Assembly: GCA_041907825.1 (NCBI GenBank)
Contig: JAYRGN010000002.1
Span: forward strand, 381,281-445,280
DNA: 64,000 bases
Reading direction: 5' to 3'
Origin: Bacteroidales bacterium
GTDB taxonomy: Bacteria > Bacteroidota > Bacteroidia > Bacteroidales > JAYRGN01
Each line of letters begins with the position of its first letter. Within the stretch, counting starts at the first letter, position 1. A model generated the notes under the pieces. It saw only the letters and a program-made list of their open reading frames with translations, did no database searches and was not told the origin of the DNA. A program made the position numbers and the translations under genes. Below, in pieces: positions 47,063 to 55,299 of the stretch.

Positions 47063-47563
47063 ATGTTTAAGGAAATAACCCCCTTCTCCCTTAATGAAAA
47101 TGTTTTTAATCTTCTTCATAAAGATTGGATGTTGATTACGGCCGGTAATACAACAAAATTTAATTCGATGACTGCAAGTTGGGGCGGTTTTGGTGTGCTT
47201 TGGAATAAACCGGTTGCTTATATCGTGGTTCGTCCTCAACGTTATACCCGTGAGTTTCTCGATTCGGAAGAAACCTTTACGTTGAGTTTTTTTACTGAAG
47301 AATATCGTTCTGCACTACAGCTCTGTGGAAAACTATCGGGACGCGATAGTGATAAAATGAAAGAGCTGGGCTTACATCCGCATTTTTTTCTTTCAGGCTC
47401 TGTTGCGTACAACGAAGCCCGTTTGGTCTTCGATTGCCGAAAAGCACTTGTGCAGCAGCTCTCGCCTGAAGCATTTGTCGATAAATCTCTTTTACTTAAC
47501 TATCCTTCAGGAGATTATCATTTTCTTTATGTTGGGATTATCGAAAAAGTATTTCAACGATAA
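47063..47563 (+). CDS. Flavin-reductase-like (FMN-binding split-barrel) domain protein
   Basis: 166 aa, ...WMLITAGNTTKFNSMTASWGGFGVLWNKPVAYIVVRPQRYT... Confidence 0.7.
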   Translation: MFKEITPFSLNENVFNLLHKDWMLITAGNTTKFNSMTASWGGFGVLWNKPVAYIVVRPQRYTREFLDSEETFTLSFFTEEYRSALQLCGKLSGRDSDKMKELGLHPHFFLSGSVAYNEARLVFDCRKALVQQLSPEAFVDKSLLLNYPSGDYHFLYVGIIEKVFQR

Positions 47564-47678
47564 TGTTATCTGGTTGTTTATGAGTATAATAAATAAGAGT
47601 GCTTAATAGAAAGTGCTCTTTTAGCTTTTTTTCTTGCTTTAAACAATAAACACAATGCTTCTTTTGTTTAAATACAGG

Positions 47679-47686
47679 TAATTTTG
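47679..47686 (+). promoter_or_regulatory. Candidate -7 box (TAATTTTG) upstream of the phosphatase gene
   Basis: Exact TAnnTTTG 26 nt upstream of the ATG at 47712. Confidence 0.35.
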
Positions 47687-47711
47687 TGGCTTTGTTTTTA
47701 AGGGAGAAAAA

Positions 47712-49373
47712 ATGTTTGTAAGAAAAGTTGGCGTTGCCTTTGTTCTTGTATTGTTTGTTATGCAAGGCAACGTGAAATCTCAGGTGAAAAAATCTGTTTC
47801 AGTCGAAAAACCCAAGCTTATTGTTTGTATTGTTGTTGATCAAATGCGGTATGATTTTCTGTATCGTTATGCATCAACGTATTGTAATAATGGGTTTAAG
47901 CGATTGATGAATGAGGGAACAGTATGTAAAAATGCAACATACGAAAATATTTGTACGTTATCCGAACCCGGATATGCCACTTTGTCAACCGGATCAAATC
48001 CGTCATTGCATGGTATAATAGCAAGTGAATGGTTTCAGTCTGGAAGCAAAAAGAAGATAAACTGTGTAGTCGATGCTTCACAAAAAGCTGTGGGCGGAAG
48101 CTTTGAATCGGGACAGTATTCGCCAAAACAACTGCTTTCGCCAACAATAGGCGATGAGTTGCGATTATCGAACAATCGACAATCTAAAGTAATTTCCGTT
48201 TCGTTGAATCCGGCCGCCGCAGTGTTGCTTGGTGGACACATGGCTAATCAGGCCTGGTGGTTCGATCCTTCTTCGGGAAGTTTTGCCACCTCTTCGTATT
48301 ACATGGAGTCGTTGCCGGGATGGGTTGAGGAATTTAATCGTAAAAAATTGCCCGATACTTATTTACAACGAAACTGGGAGCCTCTTTTACCTGTTTCTCA
48401 ATATTTGCAAAGTCTTTCGGACGATAGTCCTTACGAAACAGGTTTGGGTGGTAAACATACTTTCCCGTATAATCTTGATGCATTGAGTCTTCCTAAAGGT
48501 TACGAAAGGCGAAATTATGCAATATTGGGGCAAACTCCATTTGGGAATAGTTTGACGAAAGATTTTGCTATTTCGGCATTAGTCAATGAAAAACTGGGAA
48601 AAGGTGAGAATACCGATATTCTATGGGTCGATTTTTCGGCGACTCAGGCTGTTTCGCGTAATTTTGGATTGATGGCCATGGAAACACAAGATGCATATCT
48701 TCGTTTAGATGAGGAAATTATGCATTTTCTTGATTTTATTGATAGTTATATTGGAAAAGGAAATGTGGTAGTTATGCTTACGTCTAATCATGGCGCTGCA
48801 TTTTCTTCTAAATATCTTTCGGATAATGGTTTGCCGTCAGGTGCTTTTAGTATTAATCAGGCTGCTTCTTTGCTTTCGAGCTATTTGAATGCCCGTTATG
48901 GAAAAGGATCGTGGATTTCTTCGTATTCCAATCTTCAGTTTTATTTTAACAGAGAGCTGATTGCTGAGTCTAAATTAAAATTGTCTGATTTCCAGAATGA
49001 TGCTGCTCAGTTTTTATTGCAGTTTTCGGGTGTTGCAAATGTGTTAACGTCAACGTCTATCGAAAATACAGCTTATGATAAAGGTATCTTTCGTTTAATG
49101 CAAAATAGTTATAATCAGAAACGTTCGGGGGATATTCTTTTAAATCTTGCACCAGGATGGGTCGAAAAAAACAATGATGTAGTAGATAATGGTTCGGGCT
49201 ATCGTTACGATGCGCATGTTCCTTTGTTGTGGTACGGATGGAAAATTCCCCGGCAGGTGGTTTACCATTCAATAAGTATAACCGATATTGCTCCAACAAT
49301 TTCTTCTATTCTCGATATCGCATTCCCTTCCGGTGCACAGGGAACACCTATCAGTGAGATTGTTGAGCAGTAG
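47712..49373 (+). CDS. Alkaline phosphatase / nucleotide pyrophosphatase superfamily enzyme, PafA-like
   Basis: 553 aa, signal peptide MFVRKVGVAFVLVLFVMQGNVKSQ, metal-site region ...LIVCIVVDQMRYDFLYRY... and ...VMLTSNHGA... Confidence 0.78.
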   Translation: MFVRKVGVAFVLVLFVMQGNVKSQVKKSVSVEKPKLIVCIVVDQMRYDFLYRYASTYCNNGFKRLMNEGTVCKNATYENICTLSEPGYATLSTGSNPSLHGIIASEWFQSGSKKKINCVVDASQKAVGGSFESGQYSPKQLLSPTIGDELRLSNNRQSKVISVSLNPAAAVLLGGHMANQAWWFDPSSGSFATSSYYMESLPGWVEEFNRKKLPDTYLQRNWEPLLPVSQYLQSLSDDSPYETGLGGKHTFPYNLDALSLPKGYERRNYAILGQTPFGNSLTKDFAISALVNEKLGKGENTDILWVDFSATQAVSRNFGLMAMETQDAYLRLDEEIMHFLDFIDSYIGKGNVVVMLTSNHGAAFSSKYLSDNGLPSGAFSINQAASLLSSYLNARYGKGSWISSYSNLQFYFNRELIAESKLKLSDFQNDAAQFLLQFSGVANVLTSTSIENTAYDKGIFRLMQNSYNQKRSGDILLNLAPGWVEKNNDVVDNGSGYRYDAHVPLLWYGWKIPRQVVYHSISITDIAPTISSILDIAFPSGAQGTPISEIVEQ

Positions 49374-49390
49374 ATTCTGTATCTGATGCT

Positions 49391-49410
49391 ATTAATAAAA
49401 AAGCCGGAAG
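49391..49410. terminator. Left arm of a 20-bp perfect inverted repeat (bidirectional terminator stem) split by the IS element
   Basis: ATTAATAAAAAAGCCGGAAG is the exact reverse complement of 50855-50874. Confidence 0.7.
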
Positions 49411-49422
49411 TCATTCTTGATC

Positions 49423-49441
49423 TGCCCCCAAAAAGTTAGAC
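49423..49441. repeat. IS terminal inverted repeat (OrfB-proximal end)
   Basis: See the mobile-element entry. Allowing one more mismatch extends it to a 23-bp IR (GATCTG.../GAACTG...). Confidence 0.8.
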
Positions 49442-49447
49442 GATTAA

Positions 49448-50247
49448 TTAAGCTATATTTAAGGACTGAATTCTGTATTGAACAGGACTCAGTCCTTTTA
49501 GTTTTTGTTTGATTCTAAAGTTATTATAGTAGAAAATATAGTATTTAAGCTCCCTTTCAAACTCATGGATCGAATTAAACTTTTGCAAGTATAATAATTC
49601 GGACTTTAACAATCGAAGAAGTTCTCCATTTTAGCATTATCCAGGCAATTTCCCTTTCGAGACATACTTTGAACAACACCTTTGTTTTTAAGCATATTCT
49701 GATAGGTTGTATGTTGATAATGCCATCCTTGGTCAGAATGTAATATTAAACCTGAACCTTTTTTGATGCCTTTTAGAGCTTTGTCAAGCATACTTGTTAC
49801 CATTAATAAATTAGGGTGAGCACTTATGGTATAACTGATAATTTCTCCATTATATAAATCCATAATAGGTGATAGGTATCTTTTTTGACCCAATAGAGAA
49901 AATTCTGTAACATCGGTTGCCCATTTTTTATTGATAGCTTTCGCTTCGAAATTCCGTTCTAGGATATTCGGTGCAATTTTTCCTGTAGAGCCTTTGTATG
50001 AGCGATATTTTTTTACTTTCACTAATGATTTTAGCCCGCATTCTCGCATTAAGCGCTCAACCTTTTTATGATTAATTTCCATGGATTGATTACGCAATTC
50101 TAACGTGATTCGCCTATATCCATAACGTCCCTTATGAGCGTGATAGATTAATTTTATTCTCGTGCGTATATGCTCATCCTTGTCTGAATTTGCAATCTGC
50201 TTTAGATGATAATAATAACTTGAACGAGCCATCGATGAAGCTTTCAA
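49448..50247 (-). pseudogene. IS3-family OrfB (DDE integrase-core transposase), C-terminus out of frame
   Basis: Track ORF 49606..50247 ends ...CLDNAKMENFFDC then a stop. The expected C-terminus LLKSELLYLQKFNSIHEFERELKYYIFYYNNFRIKQKLKGLSPVQYRIQSLNIA then a stop is read in another frame from ~49612 to 49448, consistent with a 1-nt deletion or 2-nt insertion. Confidence 0.75.
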
Positions 50248-50273
50248 TAAATCTGAAAGGTCATGTTCGGGCC

Positions 50274-50807
50274 TTAGCGTTTCGATGGCTTGGACTGTCT
50301 TGCGTTTTCGAGCAAGATCTGTTCCTCCTCTAAGGCCTTCAATTTTTTTAAGAGTGCGTTTTCTGCCCTAAGGTAACGTAACTCGGCTTGAAGCTTTTCT
50401 AATTCTGTTTCCGGTTGCTTTTTCTTTGGTCTACCCATCAATTTAGTTGGTCGCCCTTGTTTTATTGTTAATAGGGATGCGTACCCGTGCTCCTTTACTC
50501 GTTGATGCCATGAGTATACAGCTGAAATACTTACCTGATATTTTAAGGCTACCGTTTCGAAAGATAAGCATTCTTCTATAATTGCTTTAACTGCCTGTTG
50601 CTTGATATAGACAGTGATAATTTTTCTGGAACGTTTCTGTAAACCGTCTATTCCTTGAGCCTGATAAGCTCGTATCCATCTCTTTATCAAACTATCGGCA
50701 ATTTTTCTTCTCTTGCTTATAGTTGTACTTCCATAACCTGATTGGTAATCTTTTATTACCGCGACTTTCTCTGAAAGACTGTGCTTCCTATTTTCCCTTT
50801 TTTGCAT
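50274..50807 (-). CDS. IS3-family OrfA (HTH transposase subunit)
   Basis: 177 aa with helix-turn-helix regions and a leucine-zipper-like tail ...LEKLQAELRYLRAENALLKKLKALEEE... Confidence 0.88.
   Translation of the reverse strand: MQKRENRKHSLSEKVAVIKDYQSGYGSTTISKRRKIADSLIKRWIRAYQAQGIDGLQKRSRKIITVYIKQQAVKAIIEECLSFETVALKYQVSISAVYSWHQRVKEHGYASLLTIKQGRPTKLMGRPKKKQPETELEKLQAELRYLRAENALLKKLKALEEEQILLENARQSKPSKR
50343..50349 (-). promoter_or_regulatory. Programmed -1 ribosomal frameshift site (A AAA AAA) joining OrfA to OrfB
   Basis: The minus strand reads CTC TTA AAA AAA TTG. Relative to OrfA (codon starts = 2 mod 3), the -1 frame is the OrfB frame (0 mod 3). It is open from this point: IEGLRGGTDLARKRKTVQAIETLRPEHDLSDLLKASSMARSSYYYHLK. 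Confidence 0.75.
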
Positions 50808-50829
50808 AAAAACACCCCAAAAGTTTTAT

Positions 50830-50848
50830 GTCTAACTTTTGGGGGGCA
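50830..50848. repeat. IS terminal inverted repeat (OrfA-proximal end)
   Basis: GTCTAACTTTTGGGGGGCA; see the mobile-element entry. Confidence 0.8.
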
Positions 50849-50854
50849 GTTCAT

Positions 50855-50874
50855 CTTCCGGCTTTTTTATTAAT
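50855..50874. terminator. Right arm of the IS-split 20-bp inverted repeat
   Basis: CTTCCGGCTTTTTTATTAAT is the exact reverse complement of 49391-49410. It abuts the stop codon (50876-50874) of the minus-strand gene. Confidence 0.7.
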
Positions 50875-51404
50875 TATTTTGATTTAAGCTTGTGATAATA
50901 CGTTGTTAAGTGGGCAAGAAGATTGCTAATGGTTTTCATTGCCATTTCTGTCTCTTCGGTGACGGATCGTTTAGCCAGCCGAAGCAGAAGTAAGCCGTAA
51001 AGTCCGTTGAAACAAAGTTCGATATCACTGATGTTTTCGAGATTTCCTTTGGCTCTGAGCATTTCAATATTGGGCTTTGCTTCTGCAAAAATGGTGTGAT
51101 ATTCGTTTTCAGAAGCATTTGCTAAAAGGTTGTGGTGAAGCGTGTCCAGCTCCGTTAGATGTCGGTTAACGAACATTAAATGTCCGGCTTTGCTGATTCC
51201 TTCGCGAACCATCGATTCGACCAATCCTGTATACCATTCGCGTATTTCAATACGCATGCTGTTGTCTGTTTGATATTTAGAAATTATGTCGTTTTCAATT
51301 TTCTGCATATCGAATCCTGTTGCACGTATCAAATCTTCAATTTGCCACATGTACAGAATGTATTCGGCAATGTTCGTTTTCTTTTTTTCCTGAGCTATAA
51401 GCAT
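50874..51404 (-). CDS. Conserved hypothetical protein. From memory it resembles the Bacteroidota DUF4924 family; unverified.
   Basis: 176 aa, MLIAQEKKKTNIAEYILYMWQIEDLIRA...; soluble and helical-looking; 14 nt downstream of hslR. Confidence 0.6.
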   Translation of the reverse strand: MLIAQEKKKTNIAEYILYMWQIEDLIRATGFDMQKIENDIISKYQTDNSMRIEIREWYTGLVESMVREGISKAGHLMFVNRHLTELDTLHHNLLANASENEYHTIFAEAKPNIEMLRAKGNLENISDIELCFNGLYGLLLLRLAKRSVTEETEMAMKTISNLLAHLTTYYHKLKSK

Positions 51405-51418
51405 AATGAGATAAGCAT

Positions 51419-51826
51419 TTATTCATCAAAGAAATAATCGTCGTCTGTGTTTTGTAAACGGTCTATTTCACGACGATCTTTTTTAGTAGGGCGACCTGTT
51501 CCGCGTTCGCGGATAAAATTCATGCCGATTCTGGCCATTTCGCGTTTTTCGAGTTCCTGAGCAGGCGTCAGATCTTCTAAGTATTGAGGCACTAAGCTGG
51601 CCGAAATTCGCTTTTCGAGTAAGGCTTTCACTCTGAATGTATGTAAAATCGGTGGCTTACGAACAATAATTGTTTCGCCGGCTTTTACTTTGCGTGAGGC
51701 TTTTACCGATACATTATCTATTAAAACGCGGCCTTTGTTGATCTCGTCGGTAGCAATACTGCGGGTTTTGTAAACTCTTACGGCCCACAGGTATTTATCG
51801 ATGCGGATGTCGTTACTGTCGTCCAT
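51419..51826 (-). CDS. hslR: S4-domain RNA-binding protein, Hsp15/HslR-like
   Basis: ...IRIDKYLWAVRVYKTRSIATDEINKGRVLIDNVSVKASRKVKAGETIIV... The track ORF (to 51937) overlaps the response-regulator 3' end. I trimmed it to the internal ATG at 51826 (MDDSNDIRIDKYLW), giving 135 aa. Confidence 0.8.
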   Translation of the reverse strand: MDDSNDIRIDKYLWAVRVYKTRSIATDEINKGRVLIDNVSVKASRKVKAGETIIVRKPPILHTFRVKALLEKRISASLVPQYLEDLTPAQELEKREMARIGMNFIRERGTGRPTKKDRREIDRLQNTDDDYFFDE

Positions 51827-51860
51827 CGTTTTTGCGGCAAATGTAATAAATGAACGTAGG

Positions 51861-52568
51861 TTATTGTTGTGAAGCGCCATGTATTTCGAGCATAAAACCT
51901 GTCCGATGAATGTTGGTAATGGACACATCGGGGTCATTGCTTAACAGTTTCCGGAGTTTGGTAATGTAAACATCCATACTTCGCCCGGCAAAATAACTAT
52001 CGTCTCCCCACACGGTGCGTAGAACAAAGTCGCGACGTAAAACCTGATTGGTTTGCAAACATAATAAGCGTAATAAATCGGCTTCTTTTCGGGTAAGCCG
52101 TTGTTCAGAATCGGGCCCGGTAAGCAATTGATTGGAATAGTCGAAAGTGTATTTTCCAATTTCAAAAACATCGGGTCCCTGATGGGCTGGAGCCATTTGT
52201 GTCCGGCGCAAAACCGCTTCTATGCGCAGGCTAAGTTCTTCCGTGCTAAAAGGTTTTGTGATATAATCGTCGGCACCAATGCGCAATCCACGAATTTTAT
52301 CTTCTTTCATGGCTTTCGCCGTAAGAAAAATAATAGGCGTTTGCAGGTCTTTTCGTCTTACTTCTTCGGCCAATGTGAAACCATCTTTGAGCGGGAGCAT
52401 AACATCAAGTAACAAAAGATCATAGCGATTTTGCTGCAATGCATCCCATGCTGATTCGCCATCTGGTCGTAATACAACAATAAATCCAGCCATGGTGAGA
52501 AAATCCCGGAGAACGATGCCCAAATTAGGATCGTCTTCTGCAAGTAATATGGTTGCTTTTGTTTTCAT
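51861..52568 (-). CDS. OmpR-family response regulator (REC plus winged-helix), RprY-like
   Basis: 235 aa with ILLAEDDPNLG, LLLLDVMLPLKDG, IIFLTAK, ITKPF and C-terminal ...LTRKEADLLRLL... Overlaps the kinase gene by 4 nt (ATGA). Confidence 0.9.
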   Translation of the reverse strand: MKTKATILLAEDDPNLGIVLRDFLTMAGFIVVLRPDGESAWDALQQNRYDLLLLDVMLPLKDGFTLAEEVRRKDLQTPIIFLTAKAMKEDKIRGLRIGADDYITKPFSTEELSLRIEAVLRRTQMAPAHQGPDVFEIGKYTFDYSNQLLTGPDSEQRLTRKEADLLRLLCLQTNQVLRRDFVLRTVWGDDSYFAGRSMDVYITKLRKLLSNDPDVSITNIHRTGFMLEIHGASQQ

Positions 52569-53878
52569 CGTGTTGTATTAGAAGTGTTAAACAGTGGTAA
52601 TTCGATTGTAAAGGTGCTGCCTTTTCCTGGCTCGCTTTCTACGTTAATTGTTCCTCCATGTGCGGCAATTAACATTTTTACGTAATAAAGTCCTATTCCA
52701 AAGCCTTTTACATTGTGAATGTTGCCTGTAGGCACACGGTAGAATTTGTCGAAAATGTGTGGTTTGTCAGAACTGCTGATTCCTAAGCCTTTATCTTTTA
52801 CATTAAAAACCAAAAATTCGTTTTTATTATAACTACTGAACGAAATTTGAGGAGCCTGTCCTGAATATTTTATAGCATTATCTACCAGATTTACAATTAT
52901 ATTGGTAAGATGGACGGGGTCGGCATCTACTTGGTAGTTCTTAGCATCAAGATCGTAGTGAATTGAAATATCCTTTTCTCTTCGTTCGAGACAAAGGTTT
53001 CGCACAGTAGAACGGATAATCGCGTGAATATCAACCTTTGTCCGGTTTAGGTCATATTCACCTTTATCAAGCAAGGCCATTTGTAATACCTGATCGACTT
53101 GTTTTCGCATTCGCTGAATTTCAGAATGGATAATTTGTGCGTATTGCTTTATTCGTTCTTTTTCAAGCGTTTCAGTCGAATTAATTAAAACTTCGGAAGT
53201 TAACGAGATTGTCGAAATGGGAGTCTTAAACTCGTGCGTCATATTATTAACAAAATCGTTTTTTATTTCCGAAAGTTTCTTTTGCTTAAAATAGGTGAGT
53301 ATTAAATAGATAAATCCAAAAGAAAATATTGAAATAAATAAAATCGCCTGAATAATCCATCCGGTAATATGTTGGGTTAGCCGACTGCTTCTGTTTGGAA
53401 ACCAGACTGAAATGTGATAATGTCCTTTAGGAATAATGCGCGCAAAACAGCACTTGTAAATTACGGCATTAGAGGGTATGTTAACCCAGCCTTTTGAATG
53501 ATATAAAATAGAATCGTGTTGGTTGCTAACGATGGCAAATTCGTGAGGAATGTTTATTCTCTGATATGCAAGGTATTTATTGGCTAGAGAATCAATAACA
53601 TTAGGTTTTACTACGTCAAGAACAGAAACGGGGCAGTTCGTATTTTGAAGTGAGTCGGTGTTTGTATTGTCCCGCAATTCTGCAAATGCATCGTGCAATG
53701 CGGTATTTACTTTATGATCAAAGAACCGCTCGCCAACTCTCATCGCCTTTTTAATCCATTGACTTTGGAGAACGACTAAACCTACAAGCGAAATAGAGGA
53801 GAGGATAAGAATAATAATGATTTTGTTTGTCTTCAACGGTGAAAGTTTAAACTTTATATAGCTGACAGACAAAACCAA
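52565..53878 (-). CDS. Sensor histidine kinase, RprX-like, with an intact catalytic core
   Basis: 437 aa with an apparent TTG start (needed to retain the first TM helix). H-box MTHEFKTPISTISL, N-box NLVDNAIKYS, G1 DKGLGI, G2 GFGIGLYYV. Confidence 0.88.
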   Translation of the reverse strand: MVLSVSYIKFKLSPLKTNKIIIILILSSISLVGLVVLQSQWIKKAMRVGERFFDHKVNTALHDAFAELRDNTNTDSLQNTNCPVSVLDVVKPNVIDSLANKYLAYQRINIPHEFAIVSNQHDSILYHSKGWVNIPSNAVIYKCCFARIIPKGHYHISVWFPNRSSRLTQHITGWIIQAILFISIFSFGFIYLILTYFKQKKLSEIKNDFVNNMTHEFKTPISTISLTSEVLINSTETLEKERIKQYAQIIHSEIQRMRKQVDQVLQMALLDKGEYDLNRTKVDIHAIIRSTVRNLCLERREKDISIHYDLDAKNYQVDADPVHLTNIIVNLVDNAIKYSGQAPQISFSSYNKNEFLVFNVKDKGLGISSSDKPHIFDKFYRVPTGNIHNVKGFGIGLYYVKMLIAAHGGTINVESEPGKGSTFTIELPLFNTSNTTR

Positions 53879-53975
53879 ACGAATGTCTCGCAGCTCCTTT
53901 TTACTTTAATATGCACACTGTTTAAATGTGTAGTGATAAACAATTATTGTGCTAAAATACGGCAAAAGCGAGAAT

Positions 53976-54010
53976 GTAACCTCTGTTTAACGAAACGTTA
54001 ACAGGGTTAC
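53976..54010 (-). terminator. Hairpin overlapping the pth stop codon (terminator candidate)
   Basis: The minus strand reads GTAACCCTGTTAACG TTT CGTTAAACAGAGGTTAC, an imperfect stem, followed by ATTCTCGCTTTTGCCG. Confidence 0.45.
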
Positions 54011-54570
54011 TTACTGTTGTAAATATTCATGGTGCGTTCAATTCCCATTAGCGCGTAGGTTTTAACCGCTTCGCAGGCAACAGGGATACGTTCTTCCAGA
54101 ATTTTCTTTTCATCGTTAGTCCATTCTCCTAATACAAAATCGATTTGCTGCCCCTTACCGAATTGATTACCAATACCAAATCGAAGGCGTGAATAGTTTT
54201 GGGTCGAAAGTATTCCGGCAATATGCTTTAATCCGTTGTGTCCTCCGTCGCTACCTTTAGACCGGAGACGAATGGTTCCCACAGACAAAGCAAGATCGTC
54301 AACTAAAACCAGCATATTTTCGACCTCAATATTTTCTTTTTGTAACCAGTAACGAACGGCATTACCGCTAAGGTTCATATAAGTTGATGGTTTTAACAAT
54401 ATTAATGAGCGGCCTTTTATCCGAATCTCGGTCATGAAACCGTAACGTTTATCTTCAAATTGCGCGCCTGCTTCTTTAGCGAGCGCATCAACAATATTAA
54501 ACCCAATGTTATGCCGGGTATTGGCATATTCGTCGCCAATATTTCCTAAACCAACAATCAGATATTTCAT
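54007..54570 (-). CDS. pth: Peptidyl-tRNA hydrolase
   Basis: 187 aa, [24 protein letters not shown]...[10 protein letters not shown]... Confidence 0.96.
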   Translation of the reverse strand: MKYLIVGLGNIGDEYANTRHNIGFNIVDALAKEAGAQFEDKRYGFMTEIRIKGRSLILLKPSTYMNLSGNAVRYWLQKENIEVENMLVLVDDLALSVGTIRLRSKGSDGGHNGLKHIAGILSTQNYSRLRFGIGNQFGKGQQIDFVLGEWTNDEKKILEERIPVACEAVKTYALMGIERTMNIYNSK

Positions 54571-54602
54571 ATTAAGCTGAAAATAGAAAAGAATTGATAA
54601 AG

Positions 54603-54638
54603 AAAAACCTCACTACAGAAGTCCATAGTGAGGTTTTT
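54603..54638. terminator. Hairpin between rplY and pth (A5/T5-flanked, bidirectional form)
   Basis: AAAAA CCTCACTA, 10-nt loop, TAGTGAGG TTTTT. Confidence 0.55.
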
Positions 54639-54655
54639 ATGATGTAAAGGCAGTT

Positions 54656-55213
54656 TTATTTTGCCTTTTGTGTAGCGCGAGAAGCCATTACACTTATAAC
54701 CGGAGTTTTGCCATTATCGCAAAGCTGAAGTTTGTCGTAACTTAAGTCTTCAACTTTAATTGATTGAGCAACATCCAGATTTGTAATATCAATGTTAAGT
54801 TCTTCAGGCATGTTTTCGATTAAACCTTTTACTTTTAAAGTACGTTTAACCAAGCGAAGTTTACCCCCTTTACGAACACCTACAGAGTTTCCTGTGATTT
54901 TTACTGGTAAAGAGATTGTTACAGGTTTGTCCGATACTTCATAAAAATCGATGTGCTGAACAGCATCGTTTACCGGATGAAACTGAAGATCTTTAACAAT
55001 GGTATTGTGAACTTTACCATCGATACTGATCTTTACTAAATATACATAAGGCGTATAAATGTATTCTTTAGATGCTTTTGCGTCGATCGCAAAATGGATG
55101 TTTTCGCCTGCACCATAAAGTACAGCAGGAACAAGTCCTTCTTTACGAAGGGTGGCCGAAGTTTTCTTGCCAAGGTCGTTGCGCAACGAACCGGTAATTT
55201 CTACAGTCTTCAT
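54656..55213 (-). CDS. rplY: 50S ribosomal protein L25 / general stress protein Ctc
   Basis: 185 aa, ...LRKEGLVPAVLYG...; conserved rplY-pth adjacency. Confidence 0.93.
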   Translation of the reverse strand: MKTVEITGSLRNDLGKKTSATLRKEGLVPAVLYGAGENIHFAIDAKASKEYIYTPYVYLVKISIDGKVHNTIVKDLQFHPVNDAVQHIDFYEVSDKPVTISLPVKITGNSVGVRKGGKLRLVKRTLKVKGLIENMPEELNIDITNLDVAQSIKVEDLSYDKLQLCDNGKTPVISVMASRATQKAK

Positions 55214-55288
55214 TAAAATTTAAATTAAAAATGTGCTACTCAGAATTTTACATTCCCCATTGCACGCTGTCGCGCCAAAAAAGGTGTG

Positions 55289-55296
55289 CAAATATA
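55289..55296 (-). promoter_or_regulatory. Candidate -7 box (TATATTTG) for rplY-pth
   Basis: Exact TAnnTTTG on the minus strand, 76 nt upstream of the rplY ATG and just after the prs stop. Confidence 0.4.
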
Positions 55297-55299
55297 CAA

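Larger units (their letters stand above)
49423..50848 (-). mobile_element. IS3-family insertion sequence (IS150-like organisation), 1,426 bp
   Basis: Terminal inverted repeats TGCCCCCAAAAAGTTAGAC (49423-49441) and reverse complement TGCCCCCCAAAAGTTAGAC (50848-50830) match at 18 of 19 positions and have TG...CA ends. Two consecutive transposase frames are linked by an A7 slippery run. Confidence 0.9.

Noticed and set aside
49411-50854. A clean target-site duplication for the IS element
   Set aside because: The bases directly adjacent to the TG...CA ends are GATC versus GTTC, which is imperfect. The identical TCAT tetramers are not equidistant from the ends. I therefore report the ambiguity rather than a TSD.
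51941-52543. ORFs 51941-52171 (-), 52101-52412 (+) and 52358-52543 (-) inside the response-regulator gene, and 60235-60595 (+) inside pdxJ
   Set aside because: They are alternative-frame or antisense ORFs within strongly supported conserved genes.
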